From the NCBI GenBank assembly GCA_025361145.1, contig JANYAV010000022.1, positions 3,598 to 67,597 on the forward strand: a DNA stretch of 64,000 nt, given 5' to 3'. The DNA comes from Dehalococcoidia bacterium (GTDB lineage: Bacteria > Chloroflexota > Dehalococcoidia > Dehalococcoidales > UBA3254). The notes under the pieces were generated by a model, which saw only the letters and a list, made by a program, of their open reading frames with translations, made no database searches and was not told the origin of the DNA. The translations under genes were made by a program, and so were the position numbers. This document shows positions 62,967 through 64,000 of the stretch, one piece after another; position 1 is the first letter of the stretch; each line of letters begins with the position of its first letter.

Positions 62967-64000
62967 TTAACCACCTATACGGCCTACACCTGGAAAGTCC
63001 CCCGTACGGTTAGTGGTTGACGAGGCTGTTGTAGTAGTGGTATAAGTGACTTTTTCGCCCTCCGCTAACCCCGTCAGGATTTCCGTGTTGGTGCCGTCGG
63101 TCATACCTGTGGTCACAGTGCGGGATTCTACTGCTGTACCATTGAGAACGTTGACAGTCTGGGTGGCGCCCTTGCGGGTAATAGCCCGGCTGGGTATATA
63201 TAGAACATTACCTTTCTGCTGGTTGATAATACTGACGGTGGCTGACAAACCTTGCTTTAAACTTATATTCGGGGCTGCACCACTGTTAGCAGCACCATTA
63301 TCAGCAACGCTGGAAGGCCTTGAAAAACCAGCGGGAGGAGTGGCGCCTGAAGGCGGGGGAAAGCTGGTTTGGCCGGCGGCTGAAGAACTCCCCTGGAGAG
63401 TCTGACGGGGGCTAATGGGTTTTATTGAAGTAAGGGTGACTGTCACTTTATAATTCACCACTCCGGAGGTAATAGTGGCGGTGGGTGCAATGAAGGTTAC
63501 CTTGGCCGGAAAGGTGAGATTGGAAAGGGCATCCAGAGCAACGGTGGAATCACCATCTAATTTCACACTAGCAATATCACTTTCAGCTACCAGAACGTCG
63601 GCTTTAAATTGGGTGGGATCAGCGATGGTCATGGCTATGGTGCCTTTATAAACTTGATCGCCGCCTTTAACAGGGACGCTGGTTATATAACCATCAAAAG
63701 GGGCGTAGATAGTTGGACTTTTACTTTTACCGGTATCAAGGTTTGACTGAGCGGTGGCTACATCCTGCTGAGCCTGAATTAAATCCAGCTGAGCCTGATC
63801 TATATCAAGCTGGGCATTTACTACGGCGGTCTGGGCATCTGTTATGGCTTGCTCGGCATCCGCAAAGGCCTGCTGCTTTAACGCAACAGTCAGGTTAGCC
63901 TGTTTGATAGCCAGTGCAGCGCTGGTGGTGAGGGAGGTAGCTGTCTGGTTTTCAACGGCTTTAAGATTAGCCTTCGCTGAATCCAGTTCAGTTTTGAGAT
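62967..64000 (-). CDS. HlyD/efflux periplasmic adaptor family protein, 5' end beyond window
   Basis: I checked that the frame has no stop from 63633 to the window edge. It encodes an AQ-rich coiled coil upstream of the first Met. Beta-barrel-like segments follow, and the C-terminal part has a low-complexity S/P/A/T insert. Confidence 0.75.
   Translation of the reverse strand, partial: LKTELDSAKANLKAVENQTATSLTTSAALAIKQANLTVALKQQAFADAEQAITDAQTAVVNAQLDIDQAQLDLIQAQQDVATAQSNLDTGKSKSPTIYAPFDGYITSVPVKGGDQVYKGTIAMTIADPTQFKADVLVAESDIASVKLDGDSTVALDALSNLTFPAKVTFIAPTATITSGVVNYKVTVTLTSIKPISPRQTLQGSSSAAGQTSFPPPSGATPPAGFSRPSSVADNGAANSGAAPNISLKQGLSATVSIINQQKGNVLYIPSRAITRKGATQTVNVLNGTAVESRTVTTGMTDGTNTEILTGLAEGEKVTYTTTTTASSTTNRTGDFPGVGRIGG

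Overview
This is a gene-dense bacterial chromosomal segment with about 51 protein genes, most on the minus strand. G+C is roughly 45-50% by eye. All calls come from reading the translations and the DNA; no search tool was run.

Content in order:
- A Liv-type amino-acid ABC uptake operon with a PaaK-like ligase.
- prfA-prmC, an NDP-sugar pyrophosphorylase, and dgt-dnaG-rpoD.
- A zinc-ribbon/LemA/M48-peptidase trio, then serS and lysS.
- gap, eno, pth and ligA, with a radical-SAM/nitroreductase/CrtI-like trio between pth and eno.
- maf, recO, an AlkD-like gene, a DUF1015 gene, ribF and serA.
- A three-gene acetyl-CoA-node operon, then dnaX-ybaB-recR.
- A carbohydrate block: tal, ROK glucokinase, glgB, malQ and two divergent alpha-glucan phosphorylase paralogs, interrupted by a CDF metal exporter.
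- PspC, an OmpR-type regulator and a CHASE4-PAS kinase, then a MacAB/HlyD-like efflux operon that runs off the right edge.

I recognised no rRNA, tRNA, CRISPR array, transposase, integrase or phage gene, and I cannot point to a clear-cut new multi-gene system.

The most unusual items are:
1. An orphan TcmP-like gene wedged between eno and gap. Its conserved N-terminus has no canonical start codon.
2. A low-G+C single-gene islet encoding a divergent DEDD/RNase-H-like protein.
3. A translationally coupled operon that reshuffles the domains of Pat and Pta.
4. An uncharacterised rSAM/nitroreductase/flavoenzyme trio.
5. A roughly 500-nt unannotated spacer between gap and lysS, bounded by a strong terminator on one side and a weak terminator-like hairpin on the other.
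6. A decayed GrpB pseudogene.
7. Heptanucleotide microsatellites, one of which forms the SD-less leader of dnaG.

Lineage cannot be assigned without a database search.
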